Assembly: GCA_018434355.1 (NCBI GenBank) | Contig: JAHDPL010000024.1 | Location: 128,522 to 192,521, forward strand | Origin: Sporomusaceae bacterium | Lineage (GTDB): Bacteria; Bacillota; Negativicutes; UBA1444 | Reading direction: 5' to 3' | DNA length: 64,000 nucleotides | Shown here: in pieces, positions 10,084-20,142 of the stretch | Position numbering within the stretch: the stretch's first letter is position 1 | How the letters are laid out: each line of letters begins with the position of its first letter | Notes under the pieces: model-generated | The model's input: the letters and a program-made list of their open reading frames with translations, nothing else | Database searches by the model: none | What the model was told of the DNA's origin: nothing | Translations under genes and position numbers: made by a program

Positions 10084-11172
10084 TCATATGGATATGCTAA
10101 GATGATTTCGACCGGCTATCCATTGATAGCTGCTGCTCTTGGTCAGTTTCTCGATTAAACGCAGTGACAGGTTATCGCTATCTGGCAGCAACAGAAATGG
10201 ATTTTGCTGCAATCCCGCGTAATTGAACAATAGTTGGAAATCGCCGGTTTTTTCGGAGTACTCAAGTGTCAGCTCGATTGCCGGATCGCCGGGAAATAGC
10301 GGCAATAACATTTGGCCGAGAACTTCTTCCACGATTAGCAAGATGTGGCTTACGGTTCGTTTATCTGCCGTATGGCGGGCGCAAAACAGCTCCAGGTTTG
10401 CCTGCAGTTTATAAAGGTCGAAATGGCGACTGACCACTTTTTCACAAAACTTGCGGATTCTTTGGATAAAGATCCGCGTTTTTTCTTTTTGCGGGTTATC
10501 GAAAATGTCGCTCGGTTTGCCTTCTTCATAGATGATTCCTTCGTCCATGTAAAACACGCGGCTTGACACATTTTTGGCGAAATCCATTTCATGTGTCACG
10601 ATCGCCATTGTCATGCCGTCTTTGGCCAACCTGCGAATTACGGACAGCACTTCGCTGACCATGGTGGGGTCGAGTGCCGAAGTCGGTTCGTCAAACAGGA
10701 TGATTTCCGGGTCCATTGCCAGACAACGGGCGATAGCGACCCGCTGTTTTTGGCCGCCGGAGAGTTCATCGGGAAACTGATGCAGCTTTTCTGATACTCC
10801 GACGGATTTCAGCAGTTCTATGGCTTTTGATTCCGCATCCTGGCGAGACTTCCCGAGCAGTATCATGGGTCCAAGCGTCAGGTTATCCAAGACTGTTAAG
10901 TGTGCAAACAGGTTGAAGGATTGAAAGACCATGCCCATTTTGCGCCGCAACTTCGGTTCATCCGTGCCTTTTTGCAGGATATTGACTCCGTCAATCACGA
11001 TGCTGCCGCCGGTAGGGCGTTCGAGCAGGTTCAGGCAACGCAGGAAAGTGCTTTTGCCGGTGCCGGACGGCCCGATGATCGAAATGACTTCGCCCTTGCG
11101 GATTTCGGCATTGATATCTTTTAAAACCCAGTGATCGCCAAAGCGTTTGGAGAGATTCTTCACGCTGATCAT
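10084..11172 (-). CDS. polar amino-acid ABC transporter ATP-binding protein with ~115-aa C-terminal extension of unknown function
   Basis: Walker [10 protein letters not shown], signature [13 protein letters not shown], Walker [12 protein letters not shown]; 362 aa versus ~240 aa for GlnQ-type ATPases. Confidence 0.8.
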   Translation of the reverse strand: MISVKNLSKRFGDHWVLKDINAEIRKGEVISIIGPSGTGKSTFLRCLNLLERPTGGSIVIDGVNILQKGTDEPKLRRKMGMVFQSFNLFAHLTVLDNLTLGPMILLGKSRQDAESKAIELLKSVGVSEKLHQFPDELSGGQKQRVAIARCLAMDPEIILFDEPTSALDPTMVSEVLSVIRRLAKDGMTMAIVTHEMDFAKNVSSRVFYMDEGIIYEEGKPSDIFDNPQKEKTRIFIQRIRKFCEKVVSRHFDLYKLQANLELFCARHTADKRTVSHILLIVEEVLGQMLLPLFPGDPAIELTLEYSEKTGDFQLLFNYAGLQQNPFLLLPDSDNLSLRLIEKLTKSSSYQWIAGRNHLSISI

Positions 11173-13526
11173 GGCTGTTGCCTCCTTACCATGGCCGCAA
11201 TGTCGTTTTCCAGGTAGGCAATGGAAAACACACAGGCCGCTTCCCGCTCGTTCAGTTTGTAAAAATTGGCGATGGCCAGGTCGATTTTTCCGGCTTGCAG
11301 CGCAGCAATCATCGCATCATAAGACATATCGGTTATTTCCAGCTTCATCTCCAGATGTTCGGCCAACAGATAAGCCAGCTCGATGTCAAGTCCCGCCATC
11401 ACGCCATTGGACATGAAGGCGTAGGGCTCGCTGAGCAGACAGGTTCCCATCCTGAGCACGCCATTGCGGCCGTCAAGCGTAATTTTAGGTACGGTAGGAG
11501 TAGTCGCAGACAGAATCCATTTTTGCTTCAATCTGTCGATGGTCCCATCCTGCTTGAATTTGTTGATCGCCGCATTGACTTTACGGTGCAGGTCGGGAGC
11601 ATCGCTGCGCATCGGAATGGCAATCTCGACGGTAGACAGGCGCTCCGGCAAAATTTCATAGTATTGCTGGTGTCTAGCCAAGATATATTGCAGGGTGTTC
11701 CGGTCAAAAACAAACGCGTCGGCCTTGTTTGCCCGCAATGCCAGTGCGGCATCAGCCGGGTATACCATATCGACGACCTTGGCATTTTTATATTTCTCAC
11801 GGATGACAAAATCGCCGGTCGTACCGGTAATGACCGCGATTCTTTTGCCGTTGAGGTCAGACAGGCTTTTGATAGCGGCGCCTGTTGTCACAGAGATGGA
11901 TTTGGGTTCAGTTGGTCCGGTGGAGTTGTATACCGCAACCATTGCCAGACTCAGAATCGCCAACAGCAGCAATGTCAACCAACTAGCGCGAGAGGCGAGA
12001 AGACCGGAACAATTTTTTCGGCGCGGATCACTGAGCCGGTCCAGCGCGTCCAAAAATTGCAGCAGCAGGGCGGAAATCGCAAAGTAGAGTACCGCCGTCA
12101 TCAACAGCGGGAAAAACGCGTCGAATGTGCGGCTGCGGATGATGTCACTGGCCTTGGTCAGATCTTGTACGGCGATATAGCCGACAATCGAGGTCATCTT
12201 GACCAGCGAGATGACTTCACCTTTATAAACGCTCAGAACCCGCCGGATGGCTTGGGGCATGATGATGTATACGAACGTTTGAAACTTGTTGAATCCGCCG
12301 GCGATGCCTGCTTCAGTCTGGCCCCGGTCGATGCTTTCGATCGCAGCGCGAAACATCTCCGAAACATAGGCGGCGAAATTCATGCCAAACGCCACGATAG
12401 CCACCAATACCGGCGATACATTGGCATTACCGAAAATCACGTAATACATAATCATCAGCAGCACTAGCACGGGCACGCCGCGCATCAGCGAAATGTAAAG
12501 GCGGGCGGTAAGCTGGAATGATTTTCGGCGCGACATCCGCAAAAAGCAGATGAATCCGCCCAGCAGCGTGCCGAACAGGATGGAGAACAGCGAAATTACC
12601 AGCGTGGTTTTCAGACCGTCGAGGATTAACAAATAGCGGTTTTCCCTGATAATATTGCTGTGAAATCCTTCGACAAGACTTTGGGTCAGCGAAATCGAGT
12701 GAACTGATTTCTGATGGGAGCCTGCCAGGTGAGAGATATTTTTCTTCAATGCAATTACCGCAGTTTTGTCTTCCATATAAGGGATACTGAAGTCGACTTG
12801 TTTCTGTCGCTCAGCGTTGATGGCTATGCAATCAGCGATCATATCCACCTTGCCGCTGGCCAAGGAAGCGATCAATGCGGAAAAATCCATCGACAGGATC
12901 TGCAGATTTATGTTTTCCTGGGCGGCAAAGGTCTGAATCAGTTCAATGTCAAAGCCAACATATTCGCCATCGACATAACCTGCGCTCGGCAGATCGCCGA
13001 TCGCGACTCCCAGGACAACCTTGCGACCGCTTGGATTGACTTTGAACTTTGGCATTTTGATGGTGCCCAGGTCGTTGTCGAACCATTTCCTGTACATCGT
13101 CTCCAGGGAGCCGTCGGTTTTGCGAGCCTGCAAGAAGGCGTCAAAACGGGCCCGTAGCTCAGGGTTGTTTTTGTTGAATCCGATGCCGATGGGAAAGGTT
13201 AGTAGTTGATCGGTAAGGATGCCGACTTCGGCATTGTCTTTTAGCATATTTTTGGCTGCTGCATAATTAGTGATCGCTACGTCGACCTTTTCACTTTTTA
13301 TTGCCAACAACAGATCGGTCTGGGAATTGTAGCGCAAGATTTGGGCGTCAGGAAATCGTTCACTGGCGAATTTGTCATAAATGAAGCCGCTGACTACTCC
13401 GATACGTTTGTTCGACATGTCTTCGATGGTTGCAAGGCGGCTGGTCGGCGTCTGTTTGCTGCAACCGGCAAGCAGAGCCAAAATCATCAGTAGAGTTATG
13501 AACAGTAGGTGCCTTGTGTGTTTCAA
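11169..13526 (-). CDS. fused amino-acid ABC transporter: lipoprotein substrate-binding domain - permease TMD - second substrate-binding domain
   Basis: ~785 aa; AGGAGG + 8 nt + TTG gives [22 protein letters not shown] lipobox (ORF track starts 18 nt upstream at 13544); His/Gln-type permease motifs; two SBP_bac_3-like domains. Confidence 0.75.
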   Translation of the reverse strand: MKHTRHLLFITLLMILALLAGCSKQTPTSRLATIEDMSNKRIGVVSGFIYDKFASERFPDAQILRYNSQTDLLLAIKSEKVDVAITNYAAAKNMLKDNAEVGILTDQLLTFPIGIGFNKNNPELRARFDAFLQARKTDGSLETMYRKWFDNDLGTIKMPKFKVNPSGRKVVLGVAIGDLPSAGYVDGEYVGFDIELIQTFAAQENINLQILSMDFSALIASLASGKVDMIADCIAINAERQKQVDFSIPYMEDKTAVIALKKNISHLAGSHQKSVHSISLTQSLVEGFHSNIIRENRYLLILDGLKTTLVISLFSILFGTLLGGFICFLRMSRRKSFQLTARLYISLMRGVPVLVLLMIMYYVIFGNANVSPVLVAIVAFGMNFAAYVSEMFRAAIESIDRGQTEAGIAGGFNKFQTFVYIIMPQAIRRVLSVYKGEVISLVKMTSIVGYIAVQDLTKASDIIRSRTFDAFFPLLMTAVLYFAISALLLQFLDALDRLSDPRRKNCSGLLASRASWLTLLLLAILSLAMVAVYNSTGPTEPKSISVTTGAAIKSLSDLNGKRIAVITGTTGDFVIREKYKNAKVVDMVYPADAALALRANKADAFVFDRNTLQYILARHQQYYEILPERLSTVEIAIPMRSDAPDLHRKVNAAINKFKQDGTIDRLKQKWILSATTPTVPKITLDGRNGVLRMGTCLLSEPYAFMSNGVMAGLDIELAYLLAEHLEMKLEITDMSYDAMIAALQAGKIDLAIANFYKLNEREAACVFSIAYLENDIAAMVRRQQP

Positions 13527-13764
13527 CTGAAAAGCCTCCTGCAATATGAGAATGTCCGATTGCTGCCTCTCTAGATAATACGGTGCATTATAGGAAAACC
13601 CCTGCCTAACAAGGACTGTAGACAGGAAAAAATAGGACGAAATTCCCAGTGAAAAATAAGACCTCGGTATGATGGCGGATTGGTTTCTACTTGCTACAAT
13701 TTAATCAGAAAGCAGGACAGGAAAATCCTGAAACAAAAATAAAAAATTAGGGAGGAATAATACA

Positions 13765-13926
13765 ATGTTTAGCATGATTCAAGCGGTTCTCCAAAATAAA
13801 AAAGGTCAAGGAATGGTTGAGTATGGTTTGATTCTGGCTCTGGTTGCTGTTGTCGGAATGGCTGGTCTGGTACTGCTTGGACCGCAGGTGTTGGCGCAGT
13901 TCAATACGGTTGCCGGCGCTCTCTAA
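13765..13926 (+). CDS. flp: Flp/Fap-family type IVb pilin (53 aa)
   Basis: Not in ORF track (<60 aa). GGAGG RBS; MFSMIQAVLQNKKGQGMVEYGLILALVAVVGMAGLVLLGPQVLAQFNTVAGAL with the Flp GxGxxEYxL motif and hydrophobic helix. Confidence 0.7.
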   Translation: MFSMIQAVLQNKKGQGMVEYGLILALVAVVGMAGLVLLGPQVLAQFNTVAGAL

Positions 13927-13941
13927 AAAGGAACATGATGA

Positions 13942-13970
13942 ACCGGGCGAAAAGCCCGGTTTCTTTTTTT
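13942..13970 (+). terminator. Rho-independent terminator after flp
   Basis: ACCGGGCGAAAAGCCCGGT hairpin + T9. Confidence 0.8.
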
Positions 13971-14092
13971 GCACAAATAAGAATAATTCTTGACTCTGGG
14001 TGTGAGAACTGATACATTTTATATGTAAACAAGTTGTCAGATTGTCAGAGCGGCAAAAGTTCTTGGCAATATGTGTAAGGGAGGAAAACAGG

Positions 14093-14695
14093 ATGGAAAG
14101 CAACTTTTTTGATGCGGTAAAAAAACGCAGGACCCGCTATGCGCTCAGCAAAGATCCGGTGATTAGCAATGAACGGATTCAGGAGATTGTTAGTGAAGCG
14201 GTGAAACATTCGCCTTCAGCGTTCAATTCGCAGAGTGCTAGAGTTGTGGTCTTGTTCGGTGAGCAACATGATCGACTGTGGGATATTGTTAAAGCGGAAC
14301 TGAAAAAAATCATGCCGCCGGAAGGGTTTGGTTCGACGGAAGAAAAAATCAACGGTGCGTTTCGTAGCGGCTATGGAACGGTGATGTTCTTTGAGGACCA
14401 GAGCGTGGTGGAAGGATTGCAGAAGCAATTTCCGCTATACAAAGATGCTTTTCCCGTATTCTCGATGAATTCGGCAGGGATGTTGCAGTTCGTTGTCTGG
14501 ACTGCATTGGCGCAGGAAGGAATCGGCGCATCGCTACAACATTACAATCCGGTAATTGATGAAGCGGTCCGCGCAGCCTGGGATTTGCCGGCCAGCTGGA
14601 AACTATCGGCACAAATGCCATTTGGCAAGCCAATCGCAGAACCAAGTGAAAAGACATTCCAACCGCTCGAATCCAGAGTCAAGGTTTTTAAATAA
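14093..14695 (+). CDS. nitroreductase-family protein
   Basis: MESNFFDAVKKRRTRYALSKDPVISNERIQEIV...; AAGGGAGG RBS; ORF track begins at TTG 14042. Confidence 0.75.
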   Translation: MESNFFDAVKKRRTRYALSKDPVISNERIQEIVSEAVKHSPSAFNSQSARVVVLFGEQHDRLWDIVKAELKKIMPPEGFGSTEEKINGAFRSGYGTVMFFEDQSVVEGLQKQFPLYKDAFPVFSMNSAGMLQFVVWTALAQEGIGASLQHYNPVIDEAVRAAWDLPASWKLSAQMPFGKPIAEPSEKTFQPLESRVKVFK

Positions 14696-14734
14696 GCAGA
14701 CATTCTTCTGCGGAATATCTTTTGGACAGTTATA

Positions 14735-14777
14735 AGAGCCGGAATCCTTTTATGCAGGGGTTCCGGCTCTCATTTTT
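14735..14777 (+). terminator. Rho-independent terminator
   Basis: AGAGCCGGAA...TTCCGGCTCT hairpin + T-run. Confidence 0.65.
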
Positions 14778-14864
14778 GGTTGCAGTAACTATCGTTAAGG
14801 CAGGATTATCGGCGGCGAGCGTATAATACAATAAATCAAAGTCGTAGCGGGAGAGTGGAAGAAG

Positions 14865-16526
14865 ATGGAACCAGTGCAGGCGATTGTATTTGAACAGCTG
14901 TTTTGCCTGGAAGAATTGCAGCGACTGCAGGATCAATTTGCCGCAGCGACAGGAGTGGCTTCCATCATCACCAGACCTGATGGAACGCCGATTACCCGGC
15001 CAAGTAAATTTTGCCGGCTTTGCGTGGATATTATTCGAAAAACTCCAATCGGGCTGGCCAATTGTTGTCGCTCTGATGCGCAAATCGGCCGCTTGCGACT
15101 GGATGGGCCAACGGTGCAATTGTGTGAAAGCGGCGGACTTTGGGATGCCGGAGCCGGTATTTCCGTTAATGGCCAACACTTGGCGAACTGGCTGATTGGA
15201 CAGGTTCGCGATGAAAATCATACCGAAGCCCAGATCCGTGAATATGCCATTAAGATTGGAGCCGATGAAGCGAAAGTAGTAGAGGCTTTTTTTGAAATCC
15301 CATCCATGTCATTGGAACGGTTTCGTGATATAGCCAGTTTGCTATTTACGCTCAGTAGCCAACTTGCGGATACTGCCGCCAAAAAACTGCTGCAAAATCA
15401 GTTATTGAGCGCTAAAGAAGTGGCCGAAGAAAACGAAACCAGATTTAAAGCCCTGCATAATGCTTCGTTTGGCGGGATTTCAATCCATGATAAGGGGATA
15501 ATTCTTGACTGCAATCAAGGTCTAGCAGAAATATCCGGCTATTCAGTGGAAGAATTGGTTGGAATGAACGGTTTGTTGCTTATTGCCGAGCGCTCTCGCG
15601 AACTGGTCATGAAAAACATTCTGTCTGGATATGAAAAACCCTATGAAGCCTTCGGGGTAAGAAAAAATGGTGAAGAATTTCCCATGCGTTTAGAAGCTCG
15701 AGAGATTCCCTATAAAGGAAAACAGGTCAGGACTGTTGAATTTAGAGATATTACCGAACAAAAACAGGCAGAACAGATCATTGAAAACAAAAACAAAGAA
15801 CTGGAACAGATTGTTTATGTAGCGTCGCATGATTTGCGTTCACCGCTGGTTAATGTAGATGGCTATAGCCGTGAAATGCAGTATTTGGTGGAAGAACTCC
15901 GACTTGCACTTGGCGAAGAGCAAGCTGACAGTCCAAATTTGAATGCGGCGCGTGCTGTATTGCCGGAGATGACTGATGCTTTGCGACACGTCAGAAACAG
16001 CACTAGCCAAATGGACGCATTGCTGAAAGGATTGCTGCGGCTTTCTCGATTGGGGAGAGCGGCGCTTTGCTTGGAACATTTGAATATGAAAGACCTGCTC
16101 GGTCGCGTCGCATCGTCCTACGAGTTTCAGCTCCGATCCGCAGGGATTAGTATAGAAATTGACGGATTGCCTGATTGCCAGGGCGATGCGGTTCAGGTGG
16201 CGCAGATTTTCTCCAATTTAATCGGTAATGCGGTGAAATTTACTGACCCAAGCAGACCTGGCGTTATTCGGGTCAGCGGTATGACTGAGATGGGCCGCAG
16301 CATTTACTGTGTAGAGGACAATGGCATCGGAATAGCACCGGAACATCAGAATAATATATTTGAACTGTTTCATCGTTTGAATCCGGCCGATACCGAAGGG
16401 GAAGGGCTTGGACTCACCATTGTCAGGCAGGTGGTCGGGCGGTTGGGCGGTGATATTCGATTGGAGTCACAACTAGGAGTGGGGAGTCGGTTTTTTGTTG
16501 CATTGCCGGCCGCTCGCTCTAAGTGA
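14865..16526 (+). CDS. cytoplasmic sensor histidine kinase with PocR ligand-binding domain, PAS, HisKA, HATPase_c
   Basis: N-terminal PocR signature (ITRPDGTPITRP...CRLC...CCRSD...QLCESGGLWDAG), PAS (FGVRKNGEEFP), H-box VASHDLRSPL, G-boxes; no TM segments. Confidence 0.8.
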   Translation: MEPVQAIVFEQLFCLEELQRLQDQFAAATGVASIITRPDGTPITRPSKFCRLCVDIIRKTPIGLANCCRSDAQIGRLRLDGPTVQLCESGGLWDAGAGISVNGQHLANWLIGQVRDENHTEAQIREYAIKIGADEAKVVEAFFEIPSMSLERFRDIASLLFTLSSQLADTAAKKLLQNQLLSAKEVAEENETRFKALHNASFGGISIHDKGIILDCNQGLAEISGYSVEELVGMNGLLLIAERSRELVMKNILSGYEKPYEAFGVRKNGEEFPMRLEAREIPYKGKQVRTVEFRDITEQKQAEQIIENKNKELEQIVYVASHDLRSPLVNVDGYSREMQYLVEELRLALGEEQADSPNLNAARAVLPEMTDALRHVRNSTSQMDALLKGLLRLSRLGRAALCLEHLNMKDLLGRVASSYEFQLRSAGISIEIDGLPDCQGDAVQVAQIFSNLIGNAVKFTDPSRPGVIRVSGMTEMGRSIYCVEDNGIGIAPEHQNNIFELFHRLNPADTEGEGLGLTIVRQVVGRLGGDIRLESQLGVGSRFFVALPAARSK

Positions 16527-16565
16527 ATTATTATGAAGGAAAACTTCGTTCAAGGAGCTGAGCGC

Positions 16566-17012
16566 ATGAATCAAGATGTGGTCATTCTCGTTGCGGAAGA
16601 CGATGAAGGGCACGCTGGTCTGATCCGGAAAAATTTGGCCCGTGCAGGAATTGCAAATCAATTGTTGCATTTCAAAGATGGGCAGGCGATTGTAGATTTT
16701 TTGTTTCGATATGGCGAAGGTCCATATCGTCAGGACAACGTACCTTATGTTTTGTTGTTAGATATTCGGATGCCAAAACTTGATGGTACGGAAGTATTGA
16801 AGTTGCTCAAGGCGGATAAAGAATTGAGAAAAATACCGGTGATCATGATTACAACGACCGATGATCCGCGGGAAGTTGAAAAATGCCATGCAATTGGTTG
16901 TAGCAACTATATCACCAAACCGGTCGACTATGATGCGTTCGTCAACGCAATACGGCAACTGGGCTTGTTTTTGGCCGTTGTTCAGGTTCCAGCTGTACAC
17001 GGAGCTCATTAA
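16566..17012 (+). CDS. stand-alone receiver-domain response regulator (CheY-like)
   Basis: MNQDVVILVAEDDEGHAGLIRKNLARAG...LLLDIRMPKLDGTEVLK; AAGGAG RBS 8 nt upstream. Confidence 0.8.
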   Translation: MNQDVVILVAEDDEGHAGLIRKNLARAGIANQLLHFKDGQAIVDFLFRYGEGPYRQDNVPYVLLLDIRMPKLDGTEVLKLLKADKELRKIPVIMITTTDDPREVEKCHAIGCSNYITKPVDYDAFVNAIRQLGLFLAVVQVPAVHGAH

Positions 17013-17024
17013 AGGAGTCGACGC

Positions 17025-18959
17025 ATGGACGAGGTTGCACACCGGAACATGGCGGCAAATAAACGTGTTCTGGTAGTCGATGACGATGAAGGTTTGAGAA
17101 ATCTAATTGCACGAAGGCTGCGCAAGGCGGGCTTTGAAGTTTCGCTTGCCGTCAATGGAGCGGCTGCGGTCGAACTTGCATTGGTCGATCCTGGTCAATT
17201 GCTGGTGCTTGACCAAAAGCTTGTCGATATGACCGGGCGAGAAGTGATTCGTCTGCTAACGGAGCAGGGTTGCAAGGTTCATTTTGTCATGATGACTGGA
17301 CAGGGCGATGAGCGGCTGGCCGTGGAAATGATGAAACTTGGCGCAGCCGATTATCTGGTCAAGGGGCTTGACTTGCTTGACTTACTGCCTGCGACGCTGG
17401 ACCGTGTATTTCGTGCCATCGAAACAGAAAACCGATTACTGAAAGCAGAAAAAGAGCTGCAGGATAGCAGGGAACAATACCGGGCGCTGATTGAGCAGGC
17501 CTATGAAGCAGTGGTGCTGATTGATCCGGAAACTTGGCTGATTGTTGAAGTAAACCAACGGTTTAGCGAATGGTTTGGCTACAGGTTGCCGGCAGACGCT
17601 CCGCTTTCACGCAATGCTATTTTATCTGAGGCATCAGCCAATCAGGAATACTACGATGCAAAACTATTTGCCGACGGATTTTTGCCGGTGGCGCGCCGAA
17701 CTTTTCGCCATAAGGACGGCACATTGCTGTTTATGGAGCGGAGCGCCAAAATCATCAATCATCAATCGCGTCGTTTAGTCGTCGTCATCTATCGCAACAT
17801 TGCCGAACAGCTCCAACAGGAACAGGCGCGACTGCAGGATGCGGCGATTGCCCGCCGAATTCAAAGGGCGCAACTGTCTTGCCCGGATGAAACGGAATAT
17901 GTGTCGATCGAGACGGCATTTCTGCCCTGTGGGGATATCAGCGGAGATCTGTATCATCTGGAATGGCGAAATGACGGAAATTTGCTGCGCGGTTATCTGG
18001 TTGATGTGGCGGGGCATGGGTTGACAACGGCGCTATATACATCGACAATCAATATATTGTTGCATGAAGCTGCCGAATTGGATGCTTCACTCTCGGAACA
18101 GCTCGATTGGCTAAATCGACAAGTGGTCAGACATTTTTCTACCAGCGCCTACGTCGCTGCAATTGCATTTGAACTTGATCTGCAGATGGGGGAACTTCGG
18201 TACGCGAGTGCTGGAATCAATCGTTTCTGGGTGCGGATGGCTGCCCGGAAAGGAATGGTGGCGGTTTCCGGCCCATATCTCGGCAAAGAACCGTCTTGGC
18301 GCTATATGATGCAGCAATTGCCGATTGCAGCCGGTGATCACATTTGTTTTGCTACCGATGGCGTTGAAACCATACTGGCGGATCAGCCTCTATGCCAGGC
18401 ATGTGATGGAAGACAGATATCCGCGATGCTTTTGGCTCTACCGGAATGGACTGAAAAAACGCATGATACGACTGCCGTCTGTTTGCAGATTAAAGCGTTG
18501 CCGCACTCCCTGCAGGACGGTAAGTGGCCCAAAGTTTTGAAATTGAACGGGTTTGACGATTATCGACGCTTGAAAGGGCAAGTGGCAAAAATACTGGCTG
18601 ATGCAACCGATTTACCTCATTCCTTGCAGGAAGTTGCAGTGAATGAGGCTTTGGCTAATGCTATGGAATGCAGGGATGGCGTTCCCCGACAGCACCGAGC
18701 GAGAATCCGGTTCAACAAAATCGGCGCATGGTTGATTGTTCGCGTGCGAACCTCACGGATTGGATTCGCCGGAAATGCCGTTTTGCGTCGGTTGCGGGCA
18801 ATGCCTGACGAAATGTTTGCTTTTGGCGAGGATCAGGCGATGGGGCGGGGGATTCCTCTGATGTTAAGCCTATCACACAAAATGATGTATAACAGTGACG
18901 GTACAGAAGTACTGCTGGCCTGGAATATGAAACGACAGGAACTAAATAACAACAAGTGA
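17025..18959 (+). CDS. multidomain signalling protein: receiver - PAS - PP2C/SpoIIE phosphatase - HATPase_c (RsbW-like) domain
   Basis: REC (VLVVDDDEGLRNLIARRLRKAGFEV), PAS, PP2C motif (GDISGDLYHL...VDVAGHGLTTAL), C-terminal GHKL N-box (EVAVNEALANAMECRDG) and G2 (AMGRGIPLM). Confidence 0.75.
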   Translation: MDEVAHRNMAANKRVLVVDDDEGLRNLIARRLRKAGFEVSLAVNGAAAVELALVDPGQLLVLDQKLVDMTGREVIRLLTEQGCKVHFVMMTGQGDERLAVEMMKLGAADYLVKGLDLLDLLPATLDRVFRAIETENRLLKAEKELQDSREQYRALIEQAYEAVVLIDPETWLIVEVNQRFSEWFGYRLPADAPLSRNAILSEASANQEYYDAKLFADGFLPVARRTFRHKDGTLLFMERSAKIINHQSRRLVVVIYRNIAEQLQQEQARLQDAAIARRIQRAQLSCPDETEYVSIETAFLPCGDISGDLYHLEWRNDGNLLRGYLVDVAGHGLTTALYTSTINILLHEAAELDASLSEQLDWLNRQVVRHFSTSAYVAAIAFELDLQMGELRYASAGINRFWVRMAARKGMVAVSGPYLGKEPSWRYMMQQLPIAAGDHICFATDGVETILADQPLCQACDGRQISAMLLALPEWTEKTHDTTAVCLQIKALPHSLQDGKWPKVLKLNGFDDYRRLKGQVAKILADATDLPHSLQEVAVNEALANAMECRDGVPRQHRARIRFNKIGAWLIVRVRTSRIGFAGNAVLRRLRAMPDEMFAFGEDQAMGRGIPLMLSLSHKMMYNSDGTEVLLAWNMKRQELNNNK

Positions 18960-18966
18960 GGCAACG

Positions 18967-20142
18967 ATGGAGTGGGAAAATAAAACAGATAGTTCCGCCC
19001 GCTGGCGGGAAGATGCCGAAAAGGCATTGCTAAGGGGACAAATCGACGAGGCGTTTCGCAATATTGACAAGGCGATTGCCGCCAGCGGTCGCACGATCGA
19101 TTTGCTGATGAAGGCGGACCTGCTTTGGGCAGCCGGCAAGCATGAGCAATGCATCGAATATATCGAGAACAACATGGTCAGGTTTGAAGCCGATTTAACG
19201 GAGCGTGAGCGAAAAAGCCGATTGTTGCCATTGTTGCGCAAAGGCGCAGAGTATTTCTATAAAAAAGCCGATTCGCTGTATGAGGCAGGGCGTTATGCAG
19301 AATGCGCCGAGTTTGCCAAATTTGTTCTTACCGAGCATGCTAGTTTTTTGCAACAGAAAAAATATCGCGAATTATTTGAGTTTGCCTGGCAAAGTTCCAA
19401 TGACGAATTGCTGCGCAGCCTATATAAAAGTCGTGATTATGAGGGATGCGTCGATGCCGTCGATCATATCTTCGCTCAGGCGCGTCGTTTGACGACCTTT
19501 GGCCAGCGCAACCGCTATCGGAAATTGCGGGCGAAGGCGTATTTTCGCCAGGGTCGTTATGCAATCGGTCTGCTCGATTATTTTGCCGTGCCTGGCGTCT
19601 GGATAACATTGTTTGCAGTGATAATCCTTGTTTATGGTCTAAATATCGGTTATCAGATACTGGTGGGAAGTGGTTTCTTTAAACCGTCATCTGTCGTGAC
19701 GCAAAAAAATGAATCGCCGACCGCGACAACACCGTCTGAAGCTGTAAAAGTCGCGCCGACCAGACCGGCAGTCAGGCGGGCGGAAATTAAAAGCGTCAAA
19801 TTGTTTGAAGCCGATCGGGCGATTCCGCTGGTCGGGGCGCGGGTCTACCAAAATCAGTTCACTCGCCAAGCCCGGCGGATCTTTGTTGAAGTTCATTATC
19901 GCAATCTTAATTTCCGTAAGGCTGACGTATCGTTGCCGCTGATCATCCAGTACATCAGTCCGACCGGTGTTCTATTGCAGGAACTGACCACGACATCCAA
20001 CCCGAAAAAGGAATACGAATCGGCGATTACTTCCATGGGGTGGCGACCGGATGAAGATGCCGCCTGGCAACCAGGACGTTATACGGTCCGGGTGATATTG
20101 GATGGCGAACAGCTGCCGGACGTAAACTTTGAAGTGCGATGA
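18967..20142 (+). CDS. hypothetical bitopic membrane protein: cytoplasmic TPR-like N-domain, one TM helix, extracytoplasmic ~115-aa domain
   Basis: TM helix VWITLFAVIILVYGLNIGYQILV; C-terminal domain homologous to repeats of the secreted protein at 53873-54877. Confidence 0.5.
   Translation: MEWENKTDSSARWREDAEKALLRGQIDEAFRNIDKAIAASGRTIDLLMKADLLWAAGKHEQCIEYIENNMVRFEADLTERERKSRLLPLLRKGAEYFYKKADSLYEAGRYAECAEFAKFVLTEHASFLQQKKYRELFEFAWQSSNDELLRSLYKSRDYEGCVDAVDHIFAQARRLTTFGQRNRYRKLRAKAYFRQGRYAIGLLDYFAVPGVWITLFAVIILVYGLNIGYQILVGSGFFKPSSVVTQKNESPTATTPSEAVKVAPTRPAVRRAEIKSVKLFEADRAIPLVGARVYQNQFTRQARRIFVEVHYRNLNFRKADVSLPLIIQYISPTGVLLQELTTTSNPKKEYESAITSMGWRPDEDAAWQPGRYTVRVILDGEQLPDVNFEVR

Noticed and set aside
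11178-12467. 429-aa plus-strand ORF antisense to the fused ABC transporter
   Set aside because: Lies entirely within a gene with strong ABC permease/SBP motifs on the opposite strand. Translation is low-complexity (Q/R/H-rich) and typical of a shadow ORF.
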